Shown: positions 30,101 to 40,245 of the stretch, piece by piece
Position numbering within the stretch: position 1 is the stretch's first letter
Layout of the letters: the number at the start of each line of letters is the position of its first letter
From: Nitrosopumilaceae archaeon
Lineage (GTDB): Archaea; Thermoproteota; Nitrososphaeria; Nitrososphaerales; Nitrosopumilaceae
Direction: 5' to 3'
NCBI GenBank assembly: GCA_965209085.1
Contig: OZ242376.1
Span: 1,629,555-1,693,554, forward strand
Length of the DNA stretch: 64,000 bases
Notes under the pieces: model-generated
The model's input: only the letters and a program-made list of their open reading frames with translations
Databases searched by the model: none
Told to the model about the DNA's origin: nothing
Translations under genes and position numbers: made by a program

Positions 30101-33100
30101 GATGAGATAGTGACGGATTTAACGCCTATGCCGGTTATTTCAAAATCTGAAGGTTGGAGAGGACTCTTGATGGATTCATCAAATTCCACTATAATGGTTT
30201 GTTCATCATACGGGTATGCATCTATCATCAAAGGCCGCACCCCATCTTCAGTATAGTAATATCCATCTAAAGTCAACAGATTACCTGCAAGATCGCCCAA
30301 CATACCATCTATGAAAATTCCAATTACCGCATCTGAAGAAAATCCTGTAGTTTTCATGTTTACTGTATTCTCTACAGACGTTACACCGATAAGATTTGCG
30401 CCATCTATGATAAATTTACTACCGGAAACGGATGCAGCATCCAACACTTCGCTAAAATCCAATGCTATTATTCCATTTGATGCCGTTTTTACAGACAGCA
30501 TTTCAGGCGATATTGTATCCACTATGACATTGCGTGTTGTAAGATTTTCCTGTGTTATCTGCAGGGTGTTATTTTGTTCATCATATGCAAACAAGGTAAA
30601 ATTTACCAGACCCTGTACATCATCGGATGTTACGTTGAGCTCAAATGTCACATGATTTCCCGAAATTACAGGCTGTATTGATCTGCCAAGCATTGTGGCA
30701 TTGGCAGACGATGCAGTCTCGTCCGTTGTAAGATTTACCGTAATGGTATCATTTGCTTTTGCAAGGGTTGTATTTGGATTGCTGCTGTACGCTTCTAGAG
30801 AGACAAATTTTGGAGCTATGGTATCTGTTGCATCAAATCCTACCACAGTCGGAATGGAAACTCCGGATATGCTGTTTCCTGCCAAATCTTCCACGGATCC
30901 GGACAGATTTAAACTTGGCAGGGAGGAAATATTCAAGGCGGATGTAACAAGATTAACCATATCATATGATACAGTATGCCCCATTATGACCGCATTATTC
31001 ATTGTAAAATCATCAGAGGATACTGATTCTGCACGAATGCCTTCACTAAATACAACAGTTACAGAATTTGACGAAGAAGCATATGATGATTCCATATTCG
31101 GAGCTATTGTATCCACTTGGATGCTAGAGCCTGTTAGAGTCTGCGGTGTGGCAGTTACAAGATTTCCGTCCACGTCAACTATGTTTAATGAAAAATCAGC
31201 AAAACCCTGTGTGTCATTTTCCAACACCATTACAGTGGCGTTTGCAGTGTTTCCCGAATGGCTTACTGGCACAGAACGGCCAAATATCGTGGCACTAACA
31301 GAAGAGATGGTGTTGTTTGCAGACACATATACGGTTGCCAGATCTCCGGCTTTAACATACGGATGGTTTACCCCTCCAGATACGGTAACGGTTGGAAGCA
31401 GTTCTGCTGCATCATGTAAAGACATGATTCCAGATCCGCATCCGTTAGGACCAGGTTCTGCTGAGGTTTCAATGCTGCGCTGTATCTCATCTGCAGTTGC
31501 AGATGGATTTGCATCTAACAAGAGTGCGGCCATTCCAGCCACGTGTGGCGCTGATGCCGAAGTTCCAGAAAATGTTGAGCCTAAATTTTTAACGCCATCA
31601 TATCCGCATATCTCCGGTTTTTCACGTCCATCATCAGTCGGACCCCTAGAGCTGAATGATTCTAGATTCTTGGTGGAATAATGCACTGCGCCAACACTCA
31701 CAGCTCCACGTGCATCAGCTGGCGTTCCTATTGAACCTGCGGGCGTACTTGGAGTCAAAGAAGCATCTGATGCATAAATATGTAAATTATGATTCTGTAC
31801 AGAAGATTTAGAGGCTACAACTAGGCATTTGTTTCCAGATATGTCAGGCGATATTATCTCTTCCAACGGTAAGTATCCAATGGGCTGCCAATATGTAGAA
31901 TAAGCATGCAGTTCTGACATATCACTGCTAAATAGAAAAAGATCATAATCATCGCTTACAGAATTTTGATCCCATGCATCCCATGCAAGAATGATAAGTT
32001 CCTTTTGACTATTAGTGGAAAAACATGCTTTTTGAAGACCCGACGCTGATGGATTCACTTCCAGAATGCTCTGGTATGAATCAAGTTGCGGAATTAATTC
32101 AGGGGTAACAGTAGAGCTTGAAATGTATATTCCACTCCAATGCTCATTAGCCGAGTTACCGGATGAGACTGTAACCAGTATTCCATTTTCCCGTGCTCTA
32201 TCTACTGCCTGTGCTACGCTGCTTGTTCCATCACGATAATGTTTTGTGCTTCCATCTCCGCCCAGTCCTGGAACGCTAAGCGATATTGTCAATACGTCCG
32301 CTTTTCCTCTTGAGATTATGTGGGATATGGCCTCTTCAATGCCAATATTGTTACTTACGGCATACAGTTCCAAATTGGCATCAGGTGCCATGTCAGCTAC
32401 TATGTGCGATACGCGGGTTCCGTGATGACTGCTGTATCCGCATGATAAATCACTGCAGGATCTAAACAGTGCCGAATATGAAACGCGCGGGGATATTGCA
32501 GCATCATTTGGATTAAAAGAGGTATCTATAATTGCAACCGTAATGTTCTTGCCAGTTATCCCCATACTATGGAGAGTATCAGCCTGTGATACTGAAACAC
32601 CCTCGCTTATAGACGATCCGGCCGTGGGTACAATCGTATGAGGCAGTCGGATTGACCGTACCTGATCGTGTTCTGCAAGATCTCGTATGCGGGATTCAGG
32701 GATCACCGCTAGAATGATTTTATCAAGCTGTGTTACGATCTCATCCTCGTTCAAAGGCACTAGGGAATTATTTGAGATTAGGTTTATGTAAACCTGGATT
32801 TTTTTATCCGAATTCTCAAACAGGGCGTATACGTTTGGCGATATTTTGAATTGGTTTGTTTTTGATTTTAATTCGTCCTGTACACGCACGTATTCGGCCG
32901 TACCATTTTGCAGCATTTCAAGAGTCTGATGCACATTTGAGCTGGTTTGGGCTGCAAAAGCGCCAAATATGCCAAAACCCTGCTGGGTGCGTGCATTATC
33001 TAGTACGGTTGCGGCCAAATCCGCAAGTGTCCTGTTCAGCTGGTGGGATGTACGGTTTAGATCCACATATTCATACCGCACATCCATGAACATATCGTGT

Positions 33101-33345
33101 GCCAAATTTGTTGCAGTTGTATTTGCCCTGCCTGTAATATTTGGTATTTTGGCAAAAATTTCATTATACGCCATAAACGTATCCGACAATTTTATACCGG
33201 TCGAATTTTGTACTGGTGCAGCAGTGGGAGGACCTGGCATGGTTTTGTTTGTCTGGGCATACACGCCCCCATACCATGGAGATACAAATGGAAGAGGTGA
33301 TAAGAGTGCTAGAAAAATTATCAAAACAAAAAAAGTGTGAACCAT
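27163..33345 (-). CDS. Giant secreted S8 subtilase (2060 aa) with Ig-like and FG-GAP repeats
   Basis: Signal peptide; catalytic triad AIIDTS / HHGT / GTSASAPH; D.AGN Ig-like repeats; DFDGDGVPDLAIGAP FG-GAP repeats. Confidence 0.9.
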   Translation of the reverse strand: MVHTFFVLIIFLALLSPLPFVSPWYGGVYAQTNKTMPGPPTAAPVQNSTGIKLSDTFMAYNEIFAKIPNITGRANTTATNLAHDMFMDVRYEYVDLNRTSHQLNRTLADLAATVLDNARTQQGFGIFGAFAAQTSSNVHQTLEMLQNGTAEYVRVQDELKSKTNQFKISPNVYALFENSDKKIQVYINLISNNSLVPLNEDEIVTQLDKIILAVIPESRIRDLAEHDQVRSIRLPHTIVPTAGSSISEGVSVSQADTLHSMGITGKNITVAIIDTSFNPNDAAISPRVSYSALFRSCSDLSCGYSSHHGTRVSHIVADMAPDANLELYAVSNNIGIEEAISHIISRGKADVLTISLSVPGLGGDGSTKHYRDGTSSVAQAVDRARENGILVTVSSGNSANEHWSGIYISSSTVTPELIPQLDSYQSILEVNPSASGLQKACFSTNSQKELIILAWDAWDQNSVSDDYDLFLFSSDMSELHAYSTYWQPIGYLPLEEIISPDISGNKCLVVASKSSVQNHNLHIYASDASLTPSTPAGSIGTPADARGAVSVGAVHYSTKNLESFSSRGPTDDGREKPEICGYDGVKNLGSTFSGTSASAPHVAGMAALLLDANPSATADEIQRSIETSAEPGPNGCGSGIMSLHDAAELLPTVTVSGGVNHPYVKAGDLATVYVSANNTISSVSATIFGRSVPVSHSGNTANATVMVLENDTQGFADFSLNIVDVDGNLVTATPQTLTGSSIQVDTIAPNMESSYASSSNSVTVVFSEGIRAESVSSDDFTMNNAVIMGHTVSYDMVNLVTSALNISSLPSLNLSGSVEDLAGNSISGVSIPTVVGFDATDTIAPKFVSLEAYSSNPNTTLAKANDTITVNLTTDETASSANATMLGRSIQPVISGNHVTFELNVTSDDVQGLVNFTLFAYDEQNNTLQITQENLTTRNVIVDTISPEMLSVKTASNGIIALDFSEVLDAASVSGSKFIIDGANLIGVTSVENTVNMKTTGFSSDAVIGIFIDGMLGDLAGNLLTLDGYYYTEDGVRPLMIDAYPYDEQTIIVEFDESIKSPLQPSDFEITGIGVKSVTISSQDNYIELITDPFERDDLLSVSINGTVEDLSGNLALQNIPIEFRGSLNSLSAIFTAERIDTSTIELSFTLYGYDVIDLDVASYNTDTFSITDPFAEILSWDIVPYYTEKGYVINQGLPELNLEDHDHFGTSLASADFDNDGTKDLAVGALGNGTGFISIVYMNPDGSANTSHTLDYFEFNNFNFDTFGTSLAAEDFDGDGVPDLAIGDPGDGNGSGAVHIAYLYSNGTVSSTIKLTGFNLSIVDTFGTSLAAEDFDGDGVPDLAIGAPGDGNGSGAVHIAYLYSNGTVSSTIKLTDFNLSIIDTFGTSLAAGDFDGDGVPDLAIGAPGDGNGSGAVHIAYLYSNGTVKNTIKIFDPDNTGFGYALSVMNDIDGDGRSEFAAVALEQYHGIVYTLHPKADNVVFSTGVSFNYGFGMSLAYTGIISDEGTALAVGTPFSSYAKGIDTGTVLFLYYGDHLQITTSEIQDPDQTPLVTYNENTQSNLTVDGDTVSDGTSTVASALNTVLESAHTINTSTVNATFSRTINASSVDSTDFLINGIQPIGTIVYDNVVTLTTNTLFSSGATPYIAYVGMIQDLSGFSIQSHGVTATDGIPPQIISSTTLTPYLVSVAFDESIAITADIDFVLKITGYSLTSFNVKDGSAIPKSILEITIAPSTPFESNSQPEIQFDISSNFGELTDLAGNSLSFTTITASDGIKPSMKSATVVSSNLIEVYFDENVQFIPGTAPLQLLDIDGSTTLISSSIFGNTLSISTFLSSFSDAVLNISFIGTSPNIEDTSGNSFTASSILTNNTHSMGPYISNDRTIVIQYNMTINPATLDISDYTVSYGLIVDATIDSIALSNDDTTVTLTMTSPFGTGTTPFIEQSGDILNILGDSVNLTRTSTQDLAPPVLVSAISTTTTEIILTFSEPITAPSDNAINYAIIGIEIQDVTKIGSNTVLISINQFTSTVVQITLLSNIQDFSGNTAEREIDRNVFKRG
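29060..29551. repeat. Intragenic tandem repeat, ~3 x 177 bp (FG-GAP units)
   Basis: GTTGGAATAAAGGTATGCTATATGCACCGCACC recurs at 29071, 29248 and 29425. Confidence 0.9.
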
Positions 33346-33398
33346 ATCAGTAGTTTATTGTGAAATTCCACATATAAAAAGAAGCGATATGTAACTGA

Positions 33399-33492
33399 TA
33401 TAGTGACACGCCAAAGTTCATGAGCGTTTGACCGTCCATGTACTATCGAATTGAGACTATTTTTAGCTCACGAACTTTTGCGTGTGACTATA
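33399..33492. mobile_element. MITE family C (94 bp)
   Basis: TIR TATAGTGACACGC / GCGTGTGACTATA; diverged inverted copy at 43990-44083. Confidence 0.7.
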
Positions 33493-33520
33493 TGTATTTG
33501 CAAATGCTCGAGGTATTAAT

Positions 33521-34744
33521 TTATCTGAAAAAAAAATCATGTGACTGTTTTGAGATATTGTTATAATAATTCATGAAATCATCTGCCCAGTCATCATCAG
33601 GGATAAAGTTATATGCAAATGATCTAGGATCAGTGAGATTAACTGCATCCATAGATTCTGCCATATATGGAAATTCCGTACTAGGCATTATGCGATATCC
33701 TATAGATGGCAAATTTGTAACGTTTTTACCATCGACTAGTTGGCATGTAGTTTGATTATTTAGAATTGTATTCATTTCATCCTGAGATAAAAGACTCCAG
33801 AAATATTCGTTAATGCAACTAGGTCTTGGATCTGCCATTGGTTTTTGTGCTTGGGTCGCGTTCTGAGTTGGAATATTTGTACCATTATTTACATTTGATG
33901 TATGTTCAGCATCACAGGGATTTACAGAAGTTGTAAGGTCTTTTGGATTTATTTCATTTACGGTTATAGTACCGTTTCCATTACTTGTCGCATTAAATAG
34001 AGTGATGGAACCATCAATAAAAAATAGTGCCATAGATAATTTACCGTGGTAGGTTGGAATTTCTTTGAATTTTAATGAAAAGTTCCCAGTTCTACCTTCA
34101 TCATTAATCGATTCAGAATTAATACTTCCTGTGACATATGTAACACACACAGCGGTACGAGGTGTCTGTGTGACATCTACAAACTCTAAATCCTGAGATA
34201 TTACAAAAAAAACTATATTTGATGTATTTGCAGTTTCAGCACAAAATGACTCAAATTTTACACTATCACACGCTACAATATATCTAGCAGGGGTATCAGA
34301 CATATTTCGCATCCATGTATATTCAAGAACAAATGTTTCATTTACTAGAACAGAATTTGGAAATGTGTTGGAAAAGGATCCTTTACTTGTAGGAAAATAA
34401 GATGTTTGAGATAATCTAGTTTTATCAGGAACAATATTTTTTGATAAAGTGTTTTGTACGGACGTAGTATTTATTTCAGAATTGACTAGTTTAGAATACG
34501 GTTTTTCAATTAAATTCCAATTCGTGTTTTGAATTGAAGTTTCTTTAATACATGCAATTTTACCTGTGCCACGATCTACCAAAACAAGACCGTCTCTGCA
34601 AATCACATCATACGGTGCAACTCAACTGTCAATCTGTTTTTTTGGACTAGGAATTTGCTCTGAAAATTGCGCGTATGAAATACCGGTCATAATGGCTATG
34701 GATATAGCTAGTAGAATTATGATAAAAAATTTATGATTTGACAT
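33521..34744 (-). pseudogene. Secreted protein with SPxKQ...C domain, in-frame TGA at codon 41
   Basis: ATG 34744 gives signal peptide-PSPKKQIDS*VAPYDVICRDGLVLV, in frame with ORF 33521-34606. Confidence 0.75.
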
Positions 34745-34935
34745 GTGCATATCATGTTGTTTGCATATTAAAACTTGTCTTACTAAATTGGGTATGAGCT
34801 GACCTTATACTAAATTTTATAGATCAGCACTTGTGCCATCTTTTTATTGTGTAAATTCTAGGCACTATATGATCATAACCATATTTTATTTACGCCCGTA
34901 TGAGGGGAGATTGATAAAAAAATAAAAAAATACGG

Positions 34936-35589
34936 TTATTCGTACGCTGTTTTTGGAAGTTCTGAGGAAATTCCAGATGATGTTGGAACAGATGGGAATT
35001 TTTCTCCGACCTGCTGTTCTGCAACAGCCGATGCTTCCTGGAGTATTTTGTCTGTTTCTGCGTTGGATGCATCAGATTCCATGTTAAATGCGTCGCCGGA
35101 CGTTAGTGAATCACTCATTAATCCGCCCAATGTGTCCGTCATGGATTTTAGCTCCGTATCAGCCTCTGGCATGAATTTGCCCAAGGATGATTTAAGGCCC
35201 CTCATGGTATTCATGGTAGGTCCAATTTCCACCATTGCATCTCCCAGATCATGTATTGTTGTCAGCCGCAGCTGGACCTGTTCAATCGACATTCTGGCGC
35301 CGGATAAAACTTTGGTTACTTTGCGCACTTCGGCCAGCTCGTTGGATAGCACTCTGCTTGCATTGGTGTCATGCTGCTGCATGACAGTAACAATGCGCTG
35401 GAATAGCTGTCTGTCTCTCATCTGAAGCTTTCCTAGCATGGCGTCCATTTTGGAAATTTGCACCTGGAGTTTGTTGACCGCATTTTGTATGCGGGGTTTC
35501 AAGGCTCCCTGGGGCTTTACTGCTTCACGAACTTTGCCGGTCATGCTTTGTGTCTCTTGCCGGGTCCATGTCTTGTCAAAATTTGGCAT
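34936..35589 (-). CDS. cdvB: ESCRT-III/Snf7 CdvB-family cell division protein
   Basis: Coiled-coil; LSNELAEVRK, EQVQLRLTT.HDLGD and KILQEAS; which paralog is not determined. Confidence 0.85.
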   Translation of the reverse strand: MPNFDKTWTRQETQSMTGKVREAVKPQGALKPRIQNAVNKLQVQISKMDAMLGKLQMRDRQLFQRIVTVMQQHDTNASRVLSNELAEVRKVTKVLSGARMSIEQVQLRLTTIHDLGDAMVEIGPTMNTMRGLKSSLGKFMPEADTELKSMTDTLGGLMSDSLTSGDAFNMESDASNAETDKILQEASAVAEQQVGEKFPSVPTSSGISSELPKTAYE

Positions 35590-35723
35590 GAGTTACGTTA
35601 TTGGGTTTTGTTCTTAATCAGCCTTGTATATTTAGATCAACTTTTGCATAAATTTAACTAACAATTTCCACTCCACATAGGACACGCATAGGAATAATTG
35701 CCCGGTGATGCTCTCTAAGGGGT

Positions 35724-36485
35724 GTGGGCAGGATAGTAGTCTTTGATTCAGGGCTTGGTTCTCTCTCGATAATAAATGCCATCAGGGAGGCTACTTTATC
35801 CAATATGACATATTTTGCAGATCAGCGATATTTCCCATACGGTACCCGGTCTGTTGCAGATTTGCGCAAAATTATAACAGGGCGCATCGCAATGCTTGAA
35901 GAGAGGTTTAAGCCCGATATGATAGTTGTAGGATCAAACACCCCTACCTTATTGCTTGGCAAATTTTCAGGTAAAAATACACTCGGCGTTTTGCCTCCGC
36001 TTGCAGAGGCTGCAGCTGCTACAAAAACCGGCAATGTTGCAGTTCTTGCAACGCACTCGGTTTGGCGCAGCAGACATCTTTTAAAATACGTGCATGATTC
36101 AGGAGTTGAGAAAAACGGCACAAGAGTTAGCAGAATAGACTGCTCTGCGCTGGTAAATCTTGTAGAATCCGGCAAGTTTGCAACAAGTGGGGAAAAATGC
36201 GCGCGCATTGTTCGAAAAACTTTGCGCGCCAAATTTGAAAAAAACCGCATAGACTCGGCCACACTCTCAAGCACACATTTGCCTTTTTTACTTCCAATTT
36301 TGCACAAAGAATTTCCCAATGTTAAATTTTTTGATCCTGCAAAAGATCTTGCACGTACAATAAAAAAACGCATTGCCCCCTCTTTACGCAACAGACTATC
36401 AGTATACACCTCATCTGATGTAAAAACTATGCAGGAAAAACTTGTAATGCTCGGAATTAAACGGCGCGTTTCTTTTTTAGACTGA
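35724..36485 (+). CDS. murI: Glutamate racemase-like protein (Cys-to-Ser active-site variant)
   Basis: VFDSGLGSLSI, D..FPYGTR, VGSNT and LSSTHLPFL. Confidence 0.75.
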   Translation: MGRIVVFDSGLGSLSIINAIREATLSNMTYFADQRYFPYGTRSVADLRKIITGRIAMLEERFKPDMIVVGSNTPTLLLGKFSGKNTLGVLPPLAEAAAATKTGNVAVLATHSVWRSRHLLKYVHDSGVEKNGTRVSRIDCSALVNLVESGKFATSGEKCARIVRKTLRAKFEKNRIDSATLSSTHLPFLLPILHKEFPNVKFFDPAKDLARTIKKRIAPSLRNRLSVYTSSDVKTMQEKLVMLGIKRRVSFLD

Positions 36486-37239
36486 CACTAGCCTTTCTAT
36501 ACCCGTGGCTAAAGCTCTTATCATACAGTTTTGAAAATTCGTATTCGTGCGGATCAATTACTCCGCCGATAATTATAATTGCAGTCCGTGTAATTTTTGC
36601 TTTTTTTACCTTTGATGCGATTGTCGCCAAAGTTCCACGGACTATCTTTTGATCCTGCCAGCTTGCCCTGTATACGACTGCCGCAGGCGTGTCTTTCCCA
36701 TATGCGCCTTTTAGCGCCTCTTTTACTATCCCATCTAATAGGTGCACGCTCAGATAAAACACCATTGTAGCTCCATGCTGTGCTAGTTTTGCAACCGCCT
36801 CTTTTTCTGATACTTTGGTACGTTTTTCCGCACGCGTAATGATGATTGTCTGCGTGACTCCCGGAAGCGTCAGTTGAGCTCCAAGGGCAGCAGCTGATGC
36901 CAAAAACGAGGTCACGCCCGGAATTATCTCTGATGTTATTTTCATTTTTTTCAGCGAGTCCATCTGCTCCCTGATTGCACCGTATATTGACGGATCGCCA
37001 TCGTGCAGTCTCACCGTGGTTTTGCCAGCTAGTGCGCTATCGGAGAGTATCTTTGTAATCTCTTCGCGCACCATTCCGGATGCATCATGCATGTTTGTCT
37101 TGCACATTTTTAGAATTTTCGGCGGTATCAGTGAACCTGAATATACCACCGTATGGGCCTTTTGCAGCAGTTTTTTTGCCTTTACCGTTACAAGATCCGG
37201 ATCGCCCGGACCGCATCCTACAAAATACACCTTATGCAC
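36457..37239 (-). CDS. cbiF: Cobalt-precorrin-4 C11-methyltransferase
   Basis: VGCGPGDPDL, RLHDGDPSIYGAIREQ, PGVTQTIIITR and SKLYD. Confidence 0.93.
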   Translation of the reverse strand: MHKVYFVGCGPGDPDLVTVKAKKLLQKAHTVVYSGSLIPPKILKMCKTNMHDASGMVREEITKILSDSALAGKTTVRLHDGDPSIYGAIREQMDSLKKMKITSEIIPGVTSFLASAAALGAQLTLPGVTQTIIITRAEKRTKVSEKEAVAKLAQHGATMVFYLSVHLLDGIVKEALKGAYGKDTPAAVVYRASWQDQKIVRGTLATIASKVKKAKITRTAIIIIGGVIDPHEYEFSKLYDKSFSHGYRKASVSLKKKRAV

Positions 37240-37948
37240 GTTTTACCACCATTATTGAGAAATATTTTGTGGTAAGCGTTTTTTCGTTTACATCTCCGAG
37301 TTTGAGTTTTCTTACGATTTCATGATCCGTGTCCAAATCCTGGCCCACTGCAAACATGGACGTGGGGGGAAATCCGGCCTCGCGTAACAGATCTATTACC
37401 TTGTCAAAATATCTTCCATCCTTGAGAAATACCATCGTATCAGAATTTTGGGCCAGTTTTTTTACCTGTTCTAGATCATAACACGAAGGGATGATGGATA
37501 TTTTTTCTGCCCCCTCACCTATGCTGACCCCAATCTTTGAGGCAAAAGTAAACATTGAGACGATTCCTGGCACGACTGTAATTGTAATTTCCGGATGGTT
37601 TTCTGTAATGAGTCTGTTCATGTATATCCACGTGCTGTAAAGATACGGATCGCCCACCGTTATGTACACGGCGTTCTCGCATGAAAGCGTCTCTTTTGCC
37701 ATAATCTCGGCATTTCTCTCCCATGTCTGCTCTAGTACATCCTTGTCTTTTGTCATCGGAAAGACCATCTCTACTATGCGCGTCTTTTTGTTCACAAGTT
37801 TGGAGACTACCGAGAGGGCGATGCTTGGCCTATCATCCTTTGATTTTGGGCATAAAATAACATCAGCTGCATGTATTGCATTTACCGCTTTTACCGTAAG
37901 AAGATCCGGATCGCCTGGACCGCAACCTACGGCTGTGAGCCTTGGCAT
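37232..37948 (-). CDS. cbiL: Cobalt-precorrin-2 C20-methyltransferase
   Basis: GPGDPDLLTVKA, FPMTKD, GDPYLYST and YFS. Confidence 0.92.
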   Translation of the reverse strand: MPRLTAVGCGPGDPDLLTVKAVNAIHAADVILCPKSKDDRPSIALSVVSKLVNKKTRIVEMVFPMTKDKDVLEQTWERNAEIMAKETLSCENAVYITVGDPYLYSTWIYMNRLITENHPEITITVVPGIVSMFTFASKIGVSIGEGAEKISIIPSCYDLEQVKKLAQNSDTMVFLKDGRYFDKVIDLLREAGFPPTSMFAVGQDLDTDHEIVRKLKLGDVNEKTLTTKYFSIMVVKRA

Positions 37949-37979
37949 GTACGGGATTTTGAAATTTCCTTATTAAAAT

Positions 37980-38591
37980 CTAAGGCATGCTTGTGGGTTT
38001 TTCTGCAGATATTATAGTAACGGGATTGCGCGCTAGCATCATTGTCCCGGTACTGGTTTTTCTGCTCTTTGATACGGTAATCTGCGTAATATCAGTCTCA
38101 TATCCAATTTCCTCAAAGGTTTTGATCGCAGCAAAAAGCGTTTCAATTAGTATGACGCCCACCACCATTCTCCCTCCGGGCAGGAGTTTTTTGGCACATT
38201 TTGTAATGATTGTACCAGTATCCCCGCCGGTACCGCCGATAAAAATAGCGTTAGCTTTTGGCAGCTTGTCTGTTGCATCTTTGCCGTCCGCGTGTATGAG
38301 GGTGGTATTTTTTATGTTAAATTTTGCAAGATTTTCCTTTGAGAGTGATACTGCATTCTCATCCTTGTCTACTGCGTATATTTTTCCTGATTCGCCCACC
38401 TGTATTGCAGCCTCTACGGTTATCGAACCGCTGCCGCATCCGATATCATACACAGAATCACCCTCGCACAGCCTAGCTTTGCTTATCTGAATTGCACGAA
38501 CCTCTTCTTTTGTTATTGGCACTTTATCTTTTTTTAAAAATTCAGAGTCGGGAATTCCCGGCGTTTTGTATTTCCACGTCACAATGTCCAC
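37980..38591 (-). CDS. cbiT: Cobalt-precorrin-6B C15-methyltransferase (decarboxylating)
   Basis: PGIPD.EF, ITKEEVRA, DIGCGSGS and ARNPV. Confidence 0.92.
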   Translation of the reverse strand: MDIVTWKYKTPGIPDSEFLKKDKVPITKEEVRAIQISKARLCEGDSVYDIGCGSGSITVEAAIQVGESGKIYAVDKDENAVSLSKENLAKFNIKNTTLIHADGKDATDKLPKANAIFIGGTGGDTGTIITKCAKKLLPGGRMVVGVILIETLFAAIKTFEEIGYETDITQITVSKSRKTSTGTMMLARNPVTIISAEKPTSMP

Positions 38592-39047
38592 CTATGGTAA
38601 CGGTGCCCTTCCAAGATCAAGTCCGGATGAGGTAATATTTACCAGGGTATAGGATACGATCCACATAAACAGATAGATGAATACAAAACTTCCTATGGCC
38701 TGTGTTATGATTTTTTTCCTGTCCGATGATGGAAGCTGCATCTTCATGCCTTTTGCAATTACGATTGTAACTAAAAATACTGCAATCATGAATATAATCG
38801 AGGCCCACCTTCGCTCCTCGCCTTCAATGCCGTCAAATGCAAACGTTGCAATAACACCTGATGCTGCGGCAAGTATTATCCGCATCCAGTACAGGTTGTC
38901 GAGTTTTTTGGTGTATGATGTCGGATCCGATACGGGTATATTCGGGGCTTTTTCCGGGATTTTGACAATTTCAGGAGTCTCCACCGGAGGCACTGTATTT
39001 TCAGATTCCGGCATGGGCTCGAATTTTTTCTTTTTGAATTTTACCAA
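38592..39047 (-). CDS. Three-TM membrane protein (possibly EMC6-like)
   Basis: LYWMR..G..A first helix; W..SYTL C-terminal helix. Confidence 0.6.
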   Translation of the reverse strand: MVKFKKKKFEPMPESENTVPPVETPEIVKIPEKAPNIPVSDPTSYTKKLDNLYWMRIILAAASGVIATFAFDGIEGEERRWASIIFMIAVFLVTIVIAKGMKMQLPSSDRKKIITQAIGSFVFIYLFMWIVSYTLVNITSSGLDLGRAPLP

Positions 39048-39114
39048 TTAAATTTCAAACGTGGTTTTTTCCAACCTCGTTTAAAGTCTTTGTAGGGAAA
39101 AATCCAGTCCGTGC

Positions 39115-40245
39115 TTATTCCACAAACGGCTTTTCGTGATCCATTATTACCTTTGAGACTTCAGGACGCAGTACATACTCGTTGGGACTTTGACCCGCCT
39201 GCAGCATCTCGCGCAGTTTGGTGCCGCTTATCTGCACTCTTGCGTCCGCATCATGGGGGCACGCGTTTGGAGAGGTAAATGTGAGGCATTTTTTACAGTA
39301 AAAAAACGGCGGGAAGAATATCGGCTTTATCAAGAGATCCTCATAATCGGAGAATATCTCATGCGCTGCAAACGGCTCGTAATATTTTCCCACGCCCGCA
39401 TGATCGCGTCCAATGATAATGTGGGTGCATCCGTAGTTTTGCCTCATGATGGCATGGTGTATTGCCTCTTTGGGTCCGGCATACCGCATCTCCGTATGCA
39501 GTGTGGCAAGCATACACCTGTTCTTTGGATAATAATTTTCAATCATGACCTCGTAAGCTTTGACAATTACCTCATCAGTAAAGTCTCCGGGTTTTTTCTT
39601 TCCCACAAGCGGGTTTACAAACACCCCGTCGCGGGTGATAGCAGCTGCCTTTTGAAGCATTTCATGTGCAACATGCGGGGGGTTTCTGGTTTGAAACGCC
39701 GCTATGCTCTTCCATCCGGCTTTATCAAATGCTTCGCGCGTCATTATGGGAGTCATGCGGTGTTTTCTGATTGGCGCATCTTTGGGTTTTTGCACCAAAT
39801 GTATTTTGCCAGATACCAGTGTATCTGCCATGGCGTTTACCCTTGCAACACCGGGATGTTTTTCATCGCTTGTTCCGAAAACACCTGTGGACATTTTCTT
39901 TTTATCATAGGAGAATGTTTCATCAACATCAAGTATTGCTGCAATGTCTGGACCGCGCAAAAGCACCGAGCCGGCATTTTTTGCCTTTGCTGCATCCTCG
40001 GAGTTGAGATCCAATACAATTGGAATGGTCCATGCCATTCCGTTGCCAAGTCTGCCAGAAGATACGACTGATTCAAAATCTTCACGTCCCAAAAATCCCT
40101 CAAGCGGACTGAATATGCCATCTGCAATATTTTCAATGTCACTCTGAGATGATGCCAGAATTTGAATTTCCACCATTTTGGAAAAATCCCTTGTAGAATG
40201 TCTGTTTACAAGCGTGCCGCCGTGCGGTTTTGGAATATTGTCCAT
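39115..40245 (-). CDS. sat: Sulfate adenylyltransferase
   Basis: [33 protein letters not shown] and GRDHAG. Confidence 0.96.
   Translation of the reverse strand: MDNIPKPHGGTLVNRHSTRDFSKMVEIQILASSQSDIENIADGIFSPLEGFLGREDFESVVSSGRLGNGMAWTIPIVLDLNSEDAAKAKNAGSVLLRGPDIAAILDVDETFSYDKKKMSTGVFGTSDEKHPGVARVNAMADTLVSGKIHLVQKPKDAPIRKHRMTPIMTREAFDKAGWKSIAAFQTRNPPHVAHEMLQKAAAITRDGVFVNPLVGKKKPGDFTDEVIVKAYEVMIENYYPKNRCMLATLHTEMRYAGPKEAIHHAIMRQNYGCTHIIIGRDHAGVGKYYEPFAAHEIFSDYEDLLIKPIFFPPFFYCKKCLTFTSPNACPHDADARVQISGTKLREMLQAGQSPNEYVLRPEVSKVIMDHEKPFVE

Noticed and set aside
34622-34624. TGA as selenocysteine or programmed readthrough
   Set aside because: The position corresponds to Gly, not Cys, in the motif, and no SECIS-like evidence was seen.
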